55,838 bases of DNA from Armatimonadota bacterium. Lineage in GTDB: Bacteria; Armatimonadota; UBA5829. The position numbers and the translations under genes were made by a program. Shown here piece by piece: positions 17,288-27,549 of this stretch. The notes under the pieces were generated by a model. The model saw only the letters and a program-made list of their open reading frames with translations, was not told where the DNA came from and did no database searches. The stretch lies in contig JAAYKG010000158.1 of NCBI GenBank assembly GCA_012522555.1, positions 1-55,838 of the forward strand, read 5' to 3'. The stretch's first letter is position 1; every line of letters begins with the position of its first letter.

Positions 17288-18193
17288 TTACGACTGCGCA
17301 GCGTCTACTTCAGCTCTTCCGGTGATGATCATACCGACAGCCACCAAAAGCGCACCCATGACGACCGTAGATGTGATCATTTCGTCGAGAAAGATGCGAG
17401 CGGCCAGAATGGTGATAACAGGCAGAATACAACTGGCCACCGCGACACTTGAAGCATCGAGAAATTCCAGGCTTTTTCCCATCAGCAAGTATGACCCCAA
17501 AGTCGCCGGGACTATCAGCACAAACATCCATATCCATACAGACGTCGATATCGGTGGGTTTATATGATAACCCGCAACCACCATCGGCGAGACAAAAACG
17601 GCTGCGACCGCGAAGATTCCGGCGAGGGTGGCAGTTACCGGAACGTCGCGCTCCACCAGCAGCTTCTGTCCAACGCCATATATCGCCCAAAACGGAGCGC
17701 AGGCGGCAATCAGCATATTGCCCAGAAAATATTTCGATTTGATTAGCGCACAGAACCCATCGCCTGTCCAGATAGCGGCAAAAACTCCGGCGAATGTGAT
17801 CAATGTCCCTGCCAGTTTCAGCCCGCCGATTCGTTCTTTCAACCAAAGTCGGCCCAAAATGACCAACCATACGGCCTCAAGGTTGACCACCACATTTCCT
17901 GCGGAGGCTGTGGTAAACTTGATGCCCAGCGTATAGAGCACGTAATTGAATCCGATGCCGCCCCCTGCAAGCACCATCAGCCAGACGTCACGTTTCTGCA
18001 GCCGCTTGATTTCGCCTTGAATGTACGCAAATACGAAAAATAACACCGCACTCACGGCAAATCTAAGCCAGGTGATGGTGTAGGCGTCGAATGTATTCCC
18101 GATTTTTTTCAGGCTGATAGGGATCACCGCCCAAAGAAAAGCGGCTCCCACAACTAAACCAAACCCAAACAGGGGTTTCCTTGACGCGTTCAT
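17288..18193 (-). CDS. EamA/DMT-family transporter
   Basis: 301-aa ORF with about 10 hydrophobic helices arranged as two EamA-like halves. Its start ATG overlaps the PHP gene stop (ATGA). Confidence 0.8.
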   Translation of the reverse strand: MNASRKPLFGFGLVVGAAFLWAVIPISLKKIGNTFDAYTITWLRFAVSAVLFFVFAYIQGEIKRLQKRDVWLMVLAGGGIGFNYVLYTLGIKFTTASAGNVVVNLEAVWLVILGRLWLKERIGGLKLAGTLITFAGVFAAIWTGDGFCALIKSKYFLGNMLIAACAPFWAIYGVGQKLLVERDVPVTATLAGIFAVAAVFVSPMVVAGYHINPPISTSVWIWMFVLIVPATLGSYLLMGKSLEFLDASSVAVASCILPVITILAARIFLDEMITSTVVMGALLVAVGMIITGRAEVDAAQS

Positions 18194-19026
18194 TTACGGC
18201 GCTGCGCCGCAGCTTCTTTAAGCTGATCGACTACATCCACAGACACCGTCACGCTCCCAATATCGGTGCGCTTTCCTCCCTGTATGCAATGCGAGTCGGA
18301 GCCGCCGGTGGCAATCAGGGCGCGTTTGGCGGCGAATTTTTCATAATAACGGGTCGTTACAGGGCCGTGGTCGGGGTGTCTGGCCTCAACGCCGCACATA
18401 CCTTGGTCGATCATTTCTACTAGAATCTCGTCACCTACCTGCTTGCCCGGGTGGGCGCAAACGGCCGCGCCGCCCGCGTTCAGAATAAGACGCACAGCAT
18501 CATTTGGGCTGATTTTATATCTCGGTACATACCCCGGCGCGCCTTCTTGCAGCCATCGTCCGAACGCCGCATCTATCGAGTTCACAGCGCCGATTTCGCA
18601 AAGTGCCCTGGCAACGTGAGGGCGGCCGATCGCCCCGCCCTGAGCCAATTCCGAAACACGCTCAAAAGTGATGTTCACCCCGGCTTCATTTAGCTGTTCG
18701 ACTATCTTTCGGCCTCTACTTTCGCGGCTATTTTTTAGTATATGCAATTGCTCGACAAGCTCGGCGTATTGGTGGTCGAAAAAATATCCCAAAACGTGGA
18801 CTTCGGTCTTGGCGCCATGAATGGCGCTTATCTCGAGGCCAGGGACGACTATAACGCCGGCCCGCCTGCCGGCTTCGAGCGCTTCGCTCAACCCATCGAT
18901 TGTATCGTGATCGGTTATTGCTATAGCGCCCAATCCTTTATCAGCGGCGGCCTGCACCACTTGAGTAGGAGTCCAAGCGCCATCGGAGGCCGTAGTGTGA
19001 ATATGGAGGTCTGCAAGGTCTTTCAT
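18190..19026 (-). CDS. PHP-domain metal-dependent phosphoesterase
   Basis: Frame of ORF 18190..19107 trimmed to ATG 19024-19026. Sequence MKDLADLHIHTTASDGAWTP (the PHP HxH motif) and later ITDHD and GGSDSH. Confidence 0.8.
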   Translation of the reverse strand: MKDLADLHIHTTASDGAWTPTQVVQAAADKGLGAIAITDHDTIDGLSEALEAGRRAGVIVVPGLEISAIHGAKTEVHVLGYFFDHQYAELVEQLHILKNSRESRGRKIVEQLNEAGVNITFERVSELAQGGAIGRPHVARALCEIGAVNSIDAAFGRWLQEGAPGYVPRYKISPNDAVRLILNAGGAAVCAHPGKQVGDEILVEMIDQGMCGVEARHPDHGPVTTRYYEKFAAKRALIATGGSDSHCIQGGKRTDIGSVTVSVDVVDQLKEAAAQRRK

Positions 19027-19179
19027 ATTAACCGACTTATGCACGAAGCGAGTCGAGTCCTGCGCAGGAATTGGTGCGGATGTTGTGGCAAAGCCTGATT
19101 GCCGCAAAGGTATACGGTATCCCGACTACAAACGGTCTGATTCGCGAGTTAAGGCACAACGGCCTCGATTGAGTGTTGT

Positions 19180-19208
19180 TTGACTTTTGAGGTTCGTGAG
19201 CTTATACT
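19180..19208 (+). promoter_or_regulatory. sigma70-type promoter candidate for the wzm/wzt operon
   Basis: TTGACT-17 nt-TATACT, ending 34 nt upstream of ATG 19243. Confidence 0.45.
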
Positions 19209-19242
19209 TTTGATGTCACATTGAGGGCCGATAGAACGCAGA

Positions 19243-20088
19243 ATGGTCAATGAACTTAGAGAACTGCTGAGGTATCGATACCTGCTCGCGCAGCTTGTAG
19301 TGCGCGATATCAAGGTCCGCTACAAAAACTCCTTTCTGGGATTTTTATGGTCGCTCGCCAATCCCCTGCTTCAAGTTGCCACGATGACTGTCGTCATCAA
19401 ATATGTTATGCGGCTGGATATACCCAACTACTCAGCTTACCTACTGGTGGGATATCTGCCGTGGATGTTTTTTCAGATGGCGCTGCTGGACTCCAGCCAG
19501 GTTGTGCTTGCGCACAGGGATTTGCTGCGAAAGGTTTATTTCCCCAGGGAGGTGCTGCCTGCGTCGGTGGTGGTGGCTAACCTCATACATTATGTGCTTG
19601 CGCTGGTGGTCTTTTTTGCGTATCTGTTGTTTTACCGATTTTTCATGCACGGTGCGCCGCTTCAATGGACGGTTCTATGGCTGCCTGTTCTGATGGCGAT
19701 GCAGACGGCGCTGATAATCGGTTTGGCGTTTTATATATCGTGTTTGAACGTGTTTTATGAGGATGTGAAATATCTTCTTACGGTTTTATTGAACGTGTTT
19801 TTCTATCTTACTCCGGTTATGTATCCTGCTGAGCTGGTGGCGGAGAAACTGAACTCGCCTTTGCTTTATAAGCTCTATCTGCTGCTGCCGATGAATGCGC
19901 TGGTGGATGCATATCGCAAGACCCTGCTGCCACCGATAACCGGCTTGACGATAAGGGACACCCCGATTCACAGCCAGCCGCTGGATTTTGGAACTATGGC
20001 GCTCGCGATGGGCATTTGCGTGCTCGTCGCGATAACGGGATACGCCTTTTTTAACGCCCGAAAATGGGTGTTCGCGGAGCGAGTATGA
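19243..20088 (+). CDS. ABC-2 polysaccharide/teichoic-acid export permease (Wzm/TagG type)
   Basis: 281-aa ORF with six TM segments and the N-terminal block YRYLLAQLVVRDIKVRYKNSFLGFLWSLANPLL typical of Wzm/TagG/KpsM permeases. Confidence 0.85.
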   Translation: MVNELRELLRYRYLLAQLVVRDIKVRYKNSFLGFLWSLANPLLQVATMTVVIKYVMRLDIPNYSAYLLVGYLPWMFFQMALLDSSQVVLAHRDLLRKVYFPREVLPASVVVANLIHYVLALVVFFAYLLFYRFFMHGAPLQWTVLWLPVLMAMQTALIIGLAFYISCLNVFYEDVKYLLTVLLNVFFYLTPVMYPAELVAEKLNSPLLYKLYLLLPMNALVDAYRKTLLPPITGLTIRDTPIHSQPLDFGTMALAMGICVLVAITGYAFFNARKWVFAERV

Positions 20089-20846
20089 CCAACTGCGCGA
20101 TCGAATTGCAAGGTATCAATAAGTCCTTTGCGCTGCTGCGTGAAAAGCACATGTCCCTCAAGTCAGCCGTGCTCTCTCTACGCCGCCGCAAACCGGAGCA
20201 AGTGCCGGGGTTATGCGACATTAACCTCTCGATAGCCAAAGGCGAAACCGTGGCAGTGGTCGGAAAAAACGGCTCCGGAAAGAGCACGCTGCTGAGGATC
20301 ATAGCACGGGTATATCGACCAACTTCAGGAACCGTCGTAACCAATGGCAGAATGTCTACGATGCTCGCGTTGGCTGCGGGGTTTCACCCCGAGCTGACGG
20401 GAAGAGAAAACATATATTTCAATGGGGCAATAATGGGCCTTAGTTCTGCCGATATAGCGGATAAGATCGACTCTATAATCGAGTTTTCCGAGCTAGACGA
20501 GTTCGTAGATACTCCGGTAAAGACATATTCAGACGGGATGCTGATGCGGCTGGGGTTTTCGATTGCGGTGGAAACCGATCCGGATATACTGTTAATCGAT
20601 GAAGTGTTGGCTGTTGGGGACGCCGGGTTTCAGGACAAGTGCTACAATCGCATCGAAGCGTTCCAGCGGCAGGGTAGAACTATCTTATTCGTAACACACG
20701 ACCTGGAAGCGGCGGCTAAAGTGGCTTCCAGATCCATTTGGATCAATTCCGGCAAAGTGGCTGCAGACGGAATAACTGCACAAGTTATCCAACAATACTT
20801 GAACAGTCTTAGACAGCGTGGGTCTGAAGAAAAGGAGAAAATATAG
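20085..20846 (+). CDS. ABC polysaccharide export ATP-binding protein (Wzt/TagH type)
   Basis: Trimmed to ATG 20085, which overlaps the permease stop (ATGA). Walker A GKNGSGKST, signature YSDGMLMRL, Walker B ILLIDEVLAVGD. Confidence 0.9.
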   Translation: MTNCAIELQGINKSFALLREKHMSLKSAVLSLRRRKPEQVPGLCDINLSIAKGETVAVVGKNGSGKSTLLRIIARVYRPTSGTVVTNGRMSTMLALAAGFHPELTGRENIYFNGAIMGLSSADIADKIDSIIEFSELDEFVDTPVKTYSDGMLMRLGFSIAVETDPDILLIDEVLAVGDAGFQDKCYNRIEAFQRQGRTILFVTHDLEAAAKVASRSIWINSGKVAADGITAQVIQQYLNSLRQRGSEEKEKI

Positions 20847-21052
20847 TGGCTGAACAATGCATATCCGAAAGATTGCTGAAGGTACTCGCTTGCCCGGCCT
20901 GCGATACACGGCCTAAAGTCAAGCTGATCGACGATTCTTTGCATTGCCCTTGCTGCGGGAGAATCTATCCAATCGAAAACGGCGTGCCTGTTATGCTGGT
21001 TGAAAGAGCGACGCTGGGGAACAATACGGAATGTGGGGAGAGAACCCAATGA
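20846..21052 (+). CDS. Trm112-family zinc-ribbon protein
   Basis: 68-aa ORF with [11 protein letters not shown]...[24 protein letters not shown], the Trm112/DUF343 pattern. Confidence 0.8.
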   Translation: MAEQCISERLLKVLACPACDTRPKVKLIDDSLHCPCCGRIYPIENGVPVMLVERATLGNNTECGERTQ

Positions 21053-21486
21053 AGCTGCAGATAATACACGGCCCTAACTTAAACCTGCTTGGCTCTCGTG
21101 AGACATCGGTATATGGCACCGAGTCGCTGGATAGTATAAACAAAAAATGTGAAGCTCTGGCACAGGAGTTGGGCTGCGAGATTGCGACGGATCAATCCAA
21201 CTCAGAATCGGACATCATTGATATAATTCACGCGGCGCGACAGGGCGTCGATGGCATTTTGATCAATCCAGGCGCGTTTACCCACTACAGCTACGCGATT
21301 CGCGACGCGGTGGCTGCGGTGCAAATTCCTACGGTCGAAGTTCATCTGTCAAATGTACACTCACGAGAGAAATTTCGCCATAAATCTGTGATCGCGCCTG
21401 TGGCAGCCGGCCAGATCTCGGGCTTTGGCGCCGATAGCTATCTTTTGGGGATGCGTGCGCTGGTTGGGTTAATAAAAAATGCTTGA
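21049..21486 (+). CDS. aroQ: type II 3-dehydroquinate dehydratase
   Basis: Trimmed to ATG 21049 (ATGA overlap with the trm112 stop). Sequence [23 protein letters not shown] and [13 protein letters not shown]. Confidence 0.95.
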   Translation: MKLQIIHGPNLNLLGSRETSVYGTESLDSINKKCEALAQELGCEIATDQSNSESDIIDIIHAARQGVDGILINPGAFTHYSYAIRDAVAAVQIPTVEVHLSNVHSREKFRHKSVIAPVAAGQISGFGADSYLLGMRALVGLIKNA

Positions 21487-22561
21487 ACGGAGCAGGGTTG
21501 AGCAGCTTCGAGGATTGATGGCCGATAGTTCCGTCGATTCTTTGCTTGTAACCGATCTTTCCAACGTTTTCTATCTTACCGGGTTTACCGGTTCTGCCGC
21601 CAGTGTTGTTGTGACGCAAGGCGGGTTGTATTTGCTTGTGGATCCACGCTATACCATGCAAGCTCGCGCCGAATGCGCATCGAGCAGCGTGATCGAATAT
21701 TCCGGCGTACCGACATCGGCGGCAATAGCGGACTTGCTCAATGATCTGAACCCCAAGCGGCTGGGGTTTGAAGCTGACCAGATGAGCGTTTCGGTTTATC
21801 GCGCGATTCGCTCCGCGAGCAAATCATCGATATCTTTTCGCACAACAAGAGGGTTGGTGGAACGGCTCAGGCGAGTCAAATATCCTGGTGAAATTGCTAT
21901 AATTCAAAAGGCGTGCGAAATTGCCGACGATACTTTTTCGGCGCTGCTTGAAGAAATATCAATCGGAATGACCGAAAAAGAGGTCGCTTTGCTTGTCGAC
22001 ACGACACTTCGACGGCTCGGCGCTGATAAGGAATCGTTCGACACAATAGCGGCATCCGGACCGCGGGCGGCCTCCCCTCACGCCAGCCCCACCGATTCAG
22101 TTTTAGAGCCAGGAGCGATGCTCAAACTCGATTTTGGTGCGAGATATCGGAGATATAACTCCGACATCACCCGCACAGTCTGCCTCGGCGCTCCCGATAA
22201 AAAACAACAGCAAATATATGAAATCGTCCTTGAGGCGCAGATCAAAGCGATAGAGGCGATTGCTCCGGGCAAACCGGGTTGGGAGATTGATGCGACAGCT
22301 AGAGATCATATAGCGTCTGAGGGTTATGGGGACAATTTCGGCCACGGCCTGGGACATGCGCTTGGAATCTTAGTCCACGATGGGCCTGCACTATCCCAAA
22401 CGAGTGATGTTGTGCTGGAAAGCGGCATGGTGGTGACAGTGGAGCCGGGAATATATATCGAGGGATGGGGCGGGGTGCGCATAGAGGACGATGTGTTGGT
22501 TACGGATTCCGGACCAAAAATTCTGACCAGCGCAACTAAGGAACTGCTCAGTATCGGCTAA
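21479..22561 (+). CDS. Xaa-Pro aminopeptidase (M24B)
   Basis: 360-aa ORF with metal-ligand blocks [24 protein letters not shown] and [22 protein letters not shown]. It follows aroQ, a common arrangement. Confidence 0.9.
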   Translation: MLERSRVEQLRGLMADSSVDSLLVTDLSNVFYLTGFTGSAASVVVTQGGLYLLVDPRYTMQARAECASSSVIEYSGVPTSAAIADLLNDLNPKRLGFEADQMSVSVYRAIRSASKSSISFRTTRGLVERLRRVKYPGEIAIIQKACEIADDTFSALLEEISIGMTEKEVALLVDTTLRRLGADKESFDTIAASGPRAASPHASPTDSVLEPGAMLKLDFGARYRRYNSDITRTVCLGAPDKKQQQIYEIVLEAQIKAIEAIAPGKPGWEIDATARDHIASEGYGDNFGHGLGHALGILVHDGPALSQTSDVVLESGMVVTVEPGIYIEGWGGVRIEDDVLVTDSGPKILTSATKELLSIG

Positions 22562-23661
22562 AATACGATCCTGTGGCGGCGCATACTGATGCCTTCGAGC
22601 AACCCAATCGCTACCAGATTCGCGACGAGGCTGCTTCCACCGTAGCTGAACATAGGCAGCGGCACACCTGTGACCGGCATAATCCCGAGGGTCATGCCTA
22701 CATTTATCAGGATGTGAAACACAAACATGCCTAATATACCGGCGGCGATGGCGCGCGCCAGCGCGTCTTCGGTGACCGACATAATATACATCCCTCGCAT
22801 TATCAAAATCAAATATAAACCCACGAGAACAGCCGAGCCAACAAAGCCAAGTTCTTCGCCCACTACGGTGAAGATAAAATCCGTGTGCTGCTCGGGAATG
22901 AAACGCAGCTTGCTTTGCGTGCCCTGCAGATAGCCCTTGCCGACGAACTGGCCGGAACCGATTGCGATGCGCGATTGCCGAACGTGATATCCACTGCCCT
23001 GTGGGTCCGCGGCCGGGTCGACGAAGCTGATCAGGCGATTCTTTTGATAGTCTTTGAGCACTCCGTGAACGTGAAAGACAACGACTACCGACACGGCGCA
23101 AATGGCAAGAAACATCAGCACATTTTTCAGATTTGTGCCCATCACGAACATCATAAACAGCCATATCGCGAAAAGCGCCAGGCTGGTTCCCAGATCCGGC
23201 TGTTTGAATATGAGCAAAATAGGCGCAAGCATATATAGAAAAGACAGGACAAACACCTGCGGGGTTCGGATTTTTTCCAGTCGCTGCACTACAAACACTG
23301 CCAGAGCGACAATCAGGATGACCTTTACGAACTCTGATGGCTGGATTCGAAACGCCCCGTAGCCGATCCATCTTTGAGCGCCTTTTGATGTGTCACCGGT
23401 GAACAGCAGTATGATTAGAACCAACAGGCTGAATCCATAGAGCCTGCCGGATATGCGGTGTACGATTCCCGTGTCGACCGAGGCGACCACAATCGCGAGA
23501 ATGGCGCCTATTAGTGCAGCGGCGAGTTGACGTTCGACGTAGGCTCGGCCGATCTCCCCACCTTTTGCCGCGCTGTAGATCATTATGCAGCCAAAAGCCA
23601 CAATCGCAAGTGCGGAAAAAAGCAGCGTATAATCGAAGTTTCTAAGAAGTCGCTTATCCAA
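22558..23661 (-). CDS. rodA: SEDS-family peptidoglycan polymerase, probable RodA
   Basis: 367-aa polytopic ORF (TTG start) with the blocks PSEFVKV, TDFIF and GVPLPMFSYGGSS. It lies outside the dcw cluster, which has its own ftsW. Confidence 0.8.
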   Translation of the reverse strand: MDKRLLRNFDYTLLFSALAIVAFGCIMIYSAAKGGEIGRAYVERQLAAALIGAILAIVVASVDTGIVHRISGRLYGFSLLVLIILLFTGDTSKGAQRWIGYGAFRIQPSEFVKVILIVALAVFVVQRLEKIRTPQVFVLSFLYMLAPILLIFKQPDLGTSLALFAIWLFMMFVMGTNLKNVLMFLAICAVSVVVVFHVHGVLKDYQKNRLISFVDPAADPQGSGYHVRQSRIAIGSGQFVGKGYLQGTQSKLRFIPEQHTDFIFTVVGEELGFVGSAVLVGLYLILIMRGMYIMSVTEDALARAIAAGILGMFVFHILINVGMTLGIMPVTGVPLPMFSYGGSSLVANLVAIGLLEGISMRRHRIVF

Positions 23662-23686
23662 TGTTGACTCAGTCTCTCTATCCGAG

Positions 23687-25093
23687 GTGCAAGCAGTTGT
23701 GCCCGCTTACACGAACCATTATAATATAATCAACAAGTGTTGTAGAGTATCAATTCCCGCTAATCCGCTTCGGAGCAGACTTTTGCGCAAATTCGCCACA
23801 GCGTTTCTCTTATTATTTCTCACCGCATCGGCTGGGATGGCTCAAGTTCGCGCCCCATCGGTCACTCGATTGGGAAATGGTCTGACTGTTATTATGCAGG
23901 AAGATCACTCAATCGACCTGATCGGTATTGAGGTTTGGGTGAAAGCGGGAATCGCTAATGAGACTGCGGATAATAACGGAATATCGCATCTCGTCGAACA
24001 CTTGTTGTTTGCGGGCACGGAGAAGCGGCAGGCCGGGGATATGGATCGCGAGATTGAAAGCGTAGGGGCGACGCTCGATGCCTATACCGGGGTCGACTAC
24101 ATGCATTTCGGCGCCACGATCTGTTCGAGATATCTGAATAAATCCCTCGATATTTTCGCAGACGCGATCAACAATTCGCAGTTTCATGAGGATGATTTGG
24201 AGCGGGAACGGCTGGTGATCCTGGATGAATTGGCTCGCAAACAATCCAGCATTCGACTGGTTGCCCGGTCGCTTCTGGCTCAGAAAATATATGGCCCGCA
24301 CCCCTACTCTCTTACTCTTGAGGGAACTGCGGCAAATGTGAAAAATATCTCGCGCAATGATCTGCTTGCATACTATCGAGAGCATTACACGCCGACGAAT
24401 ATGGCTTTGGTCCTTGTCGGGGACTTCGACCCTAGCGCGGCTCTTGCCGAGATAAAGAAGCTCTTTCAGAGTGCGCCCCGCGAATATAAGACCAACCCTC
24501 GCCCGGAGATTCCACCGATCACAAAGCAAATCAGCGAATCTGTAAAAGCGTCGCTCGACGACGATTATCTGGCGATAGGCTTTCTTGGGCCTGATTCGTC
24601 TCAAAGTGAGGATGTTTGCGCTTTGGATGTGCTGATGAGCTACCTTGGGCAAGGGAATCGAGGCTGGATTTTTGAGGAACTGAAGACGAAATTCAAACTT
24701 GTGGATGATGCGTACGTCGATTTTGTCACATGCAAAGATAAGGGATTGATTAGCATAATCGTCTCGACCACGCCTGATAAACAGGCAAAAGTTCAAGAGG
24801 TTATCTTGGCCAAACTTGAACAAATTGGCTCAAAAGGCATGAGTGGATATGAACTGGAGAACGCGAAACGATCGGTATTGGGCCAGATAGCGTATGAGCG
24901 GGAGACGGTCTCGGGAAGAGCGAATGCTTTTGGGTTCTACTTCGCTGTTTCGGATGTCTCTTTTGCCGTCAAATATCAGGCTTGCATTAGCTCGTTGACC
25001 GCAGAGGCAGTCCGGCAGACGGCTAAAAAATACCTGATCGCTGATTCCGCGGTAATATTGAGACTGGAGCCGAGCCGGGAGGGGTCGAAATGA
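23687..25093 (+). CDS. M16-family zinc peptidase (active subunit, HxxEH)
   Basis: Contains GISHLVEHLLFAGT (inverted zinc motif HxxEH). The true start may be TTG 23783 (GGAG 7 nt upstream), giving a signal peptide RKFATAFLLLFLTASAGMA. Confidence 0.85.
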   Translation: MQAVVPAYTNHYNIINKCCRVSIPANPLRSRLLRKFATAFLLLFLTASAGMAQVRAPSVTRLGNGLTVIMQEDHSIDLIGIEVWVKAGIANETADNNGISHLVEHLLFAGTEKRQAGDMDREIESVGATLDAYTGVDYMHFGATICSRYLNKSLDIFADAINNSQFHEDDLERERLVILDELARKQSSIRLVARSLLAQKIYGPHPYSLTLEGTAANVKNISRNDLLAYYREHYTPTNMALVLVGDFDPSAALAEIKKLFQSAPREYKTNPRPEIPPITKQISESVKASLDDDYLAIGFLGPDSSQSEDVCALDVLMSYLGQGNRGWIFEELKTKFKLVDDAYVDFVTCKDKGLISIIVSTTPDKQAKVQEVILAKLEQIGSKGMSGYELENAKRSVLGQIAYERETVSGRANAFGFYFAVSDVSFAVKYQACISSLTAEAVRQTAKKYLIADSAVILRLEPSREGSK

Positions 25094-26433
25094 AATCAAA
25101 TGTCCGCCTCCGGCTCATTGTGATCGTCATAATTATGATCATTTGCTCTGTCACCTGCCAGGCGGATTCACAAAAGCCTGTGAAGAAAGTTCTGGAAAAT
25201 GGTCTGACTGTGGTGGTCAAATCTGAGCCGGGCAGTGGATTGGTGGCCATCGCGGCTATGGTGAAAGTCGGAGTCGGCCAGGAAAGTATTCAGACCGCCG
25301 GACTGGGCAATTTCGTTTCACGACTTTTGCTCGCGAGCACGCGGGCAAAATCCGCAGAGCAAGTCGCGTCGATAGCGGATTCGCTAGGCGGCAACATAGG
25401 CACTGAATGGGAACGCGATCTGACCAGCATTCGCACGGTTACGACCACGGCGGGCTTCGATCGGACAATGAACCTGATCGGAGAGTGCCTGGCGGAGGCT
25501 AACTTTGAGTATAAGTGGGTCGAACAGGTGCGTAAGGATCTGCTGTCATATATAAAATCGCAAAGCTCGGACCCGTTCGATCAGGCCTATGCCGACCTCA
25601 AGCAGCTTTTGTATGAAGATAACGGCTACCGACGCCCCAAGGACGTCTCCGAGCGCGCCATCAGCCTCGCTGCTCCGCAGGATCTGCAGAGATACTTTTC
25701 GCAGCATTATCCGCCCAATAATATCGTGCTTGCGATAGTTGGGGATGTTACCGCTGAGAAGGCAATCGAAAGAGCCGGGCGAGCTTTTGCAGGGGTTATG
25801 CCTCGCAGACTGCCGATTGACCGCAGCGTTCCGGATGAGAGGCTGCGCGAGAATAAATCCAACATGTTTGAAAAAAAGTTGAGCGCGGCGTATCTGCTCG
25901 TCGGTTGGCAAGCACCCGCAGCCGGTGATCGCGATTATGCAGCGGTCGCGGTTGCGGCTAATGCGCTTGGCGGGGGCAAGGGATCTTTGATGTTTCGTGA
26001 ACTGCGGCAAAAGCAAGGCTTGGGTTATGAGATAGGGGCGCTGTATCCCAAGCTGCGATATCAAAGCCACGTGGTCGCTTATCTCGTCACTGATCCGTAT
26101 AAAAAGTCGGCCGCCGAGCCGAGGCAGACGCTTGATGCAGCGTCCGCTGAGTTGATGAAGCTGGTCGAAGAGCTAAAGTCAAAACCTCTTTCGGGTGAGG
26201 ATCTGCAGCGAGCCAAGGGCTATACGATTGGCGCTTATGCACTCGGTCATCAGCATCTGCTCGAAAGAGCGGCGCTGTTAGGCTGGGCGGAGACAATAGA
26301 GCTGGGGTATGAGTTCGATAAAAATTATCCTGACCTGATCGATTCCGTCACCGCCGCCGACGTTCAGCGCGTGATGCAAAAGTATTTTACAAAATCCGCC
26401 AGCGTGATGCTGGTTCCATCCGCAAAAGAGTAG
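25090..26433 (+). CDS. M16-family peptidase-like protein (no HxxEH, probably the non-catalytic partner)
   Basis: 447-aa ORF whose ATG overlaps the upstream stop (ATGA). It has a signal peptide and the M16 fold pattern (LENGLTVVV...), but the zinc motif is absent. Confidence 0.8.
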   Translation: MKSNVRLRLIVIVIIMIICSVTCQADSQKPVKKVLENGLTVVVKSEPGSGLVAIAAMVKVGVGQESIQTAGLGNFVSRLLLASTRAKSAEQVASIADSLGGNIGTEWERDLTSIRTVTTTAGFDRTMNLIGECLAEANFEYKWVEQVRKDLLSYIKSQSSDPFDQAYADLKQLLYEDNGYRRPKDVSERAISLAAPQDLQRYFSQHYPPNNIVLAIVGDVTAEKAIERAGRAFAGVMPRRLPIDRSVPDERLRENKSNMFEKKLSAAYLLVGWQAPAAGDRDYAAVAVAANALGGGKGSLMFRELRQKQGLGYEIGALYPKLRYQSHVVAYLVTDPYKKSAAEPRQTLDAASAELMKLVEELKSKPLSGEDLQRAKGYTIGAYALGHQHLLERAALLGWAETIELGYEFDKNYPDLIDSVTAADVQRVMQKYFTKSASVMLVPSAKE

Positions 26434-26438
26434 CCCGG

Positions 26439-27119
26439 CTATTTCGTTTTCTGCGACATCCGTTCCTGCCCGCACGGACATAACGGCACAAGTGGGCAGA
26501 TTTCGCAGCGCGGTGTGGGAGCCTTGCATATCTCTCGACCGTGAAACACGATGATATGGTTGTAGTTGGTCATTTCCGACTCGGGAAGCAGCGCTCGCAG
26601 GTCGTTTTCGATTTTCTTAGGATCTTTATTTTCGGTAAGCCCAAGTCGACGAGATACCCTGGTGACGTGGGTATCGACGATCACCGCAGGGTGGCCAAAA
26701 CACACCCCAACGATCAGATTAGCGGTTTTTCGCCCCACCCCGCTCAACTTGACCAATTCGTCGATGCTATCCGGCACATCGCCGCCATAGTCGAGCACAA
26801 GCTGCCGTGCAGATTCAATGATGGCTTTGGTTTTGTTTCTGAAAAACCCGGTGGGACGAACTATCTCTTCGAGTTCGTTATAATCGGCATCGGCGAAGGA
26901 TTGGACGCTGGGATACTTTGCAAACAGGCCAGGCGTGACTTTATTAACGCGCTCGTCGGTGCATTGAGCGGCGAGAATGGCCGCCACCATGAGTTGATGG
27001 CAGGTTCTAAAATCCAACGTACACCTTGCGTCGGGATACAACCCTTTCAATATCGCGATTATAACCGATATTCGATCCTGCGGTGGTTCTTGCGAGCGAT
27101 CCGTTATTTTGTCCTGCAT
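26439..27119 (-). CDS. nth: endonuclease III (DNA glycosylase/AP lyase)
   Basis: HhH-GPD block LVKLSGVGRKTANLIV, catalytic-region VDTHVTRVSRRLGL, and a C-terminal 4Fe-4S cluster CKAPTPRCEICPLVPLC. Confidence 0.95.
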   Translation of the reverse strand: MQDKITDRSQEPPQDRISVIIAILKGLYPDARCTLDFRTCHQLMVAAILAAQCTDERVNKVTPGLFAKYPSVQSFADADYNELEEIVRPTGFFRNKTKAIIESARQLVLDYGGDVPDSIDELVKLSGVGRKTANLIVGVCFGHPAVIVDTHVTRVSRRLGLTENKDPKKIENDLRALLPESEMTNYNHIIVFHGREICKAPTPRCEICPLVPLCPCGQERMSQKTK

Positions 27120-27301
27120 GCTATGAATGCCTCAAATGAGCGATCGTAGGTCTTTTCAACCTCTGGCGGAAAACAACAAGCCGGCAATTCATTCATAGCC
27201 AAATGATAGGCAAGGCAATCACAACACTTGCCGTGTCGCGGGCATCCCGGATAAGTGCAGTTGCATCTCTTCGTGTTTTCAGCAAGCTTTTCGCAGGCCA
27301 T
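27104..27301 (-). CDS. small Cys-rich protein (DUF6485-like)
   Basis: 65-aa ORF with CNCTYPGCPRHGKCCDCLAYH...LPACCF. I recall this cysteine pattern from the DUF6485 family (recollection, not verified). It overlaps the nth start by 16 nt. Confidence 0.6.
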   Translation of the reverse strand: MACEKLAENTKRCNCTYPGCPRHGKCCDCLAYHLAMNELPACCFPPEVEKTYDRSFEAFIACRTK

Positions 27302-27375
27302 AATACCCCCCCCATGCTCAACGCCAAATGACTTATACAGATTCTAATCATAAGCCTCGCCGACGTCAAATATTC

Positions 27376-27404
27376 TTGACAGCCTTATCTGGTCTCCATA
27401 TAAT
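27376..27404 (+). promoter_or_regulatory. perfect consensus sigma70 promoter (TTGACA-17-TATAAT)
   Basis: TTGACA at 27376-27381, a 17-nt spacer, and TATAAT at 27399-27404, read directly from the sequence. Confidence 0.6.
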
Positions 27405-27435
27405 GTGTATAGCCTTTTCGAGGGGGTGAACGGAA

Positions 27436-27549
27436 CTGAGGATCAGAGCCAAAGAACTCCAGCGGACGCGAAAGCGTGCCAAGGAGCGATACAAAGAGCG
27501 TATGAAGGCTGAAGATAGCGCTACTCCAACTACCAAGAAAAAGAAATAG
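27436..27549 (+). CDS. candidate Lys/Arg-rich mini-ORF, or a small RNA, downstream of the consensus promoter
   Basis: The frame opens after TGA 27427-27429 and reads (CTG)RIRAKELQRTRKRAKERYKERMKAEDSATPTTKKKK-TAG. GAGGGGG lies 9 nt before the CTG. The only ATG gives 15 aa, so a non-canonical start is needed. Confidence 0.2.
   Translation: MRIRAKELQRTRKRAKERYKERMKAEDSATPTTKKKK

Noticed and set aside
22391-23371. 326-aa Arg-rich minus-strand ORF
   Set aside because: It is an alternative frame of the rodA gene on the same strand. Its extreme Arg/Ser/Gly composition is typical of an off-frame translation.
23909-24823. 304-aa minus-strand ORF
   Set aside because: It is antisense to the M16 peptidase gene that carries the HxxEH motif. 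I treat it as a shadow ORF.
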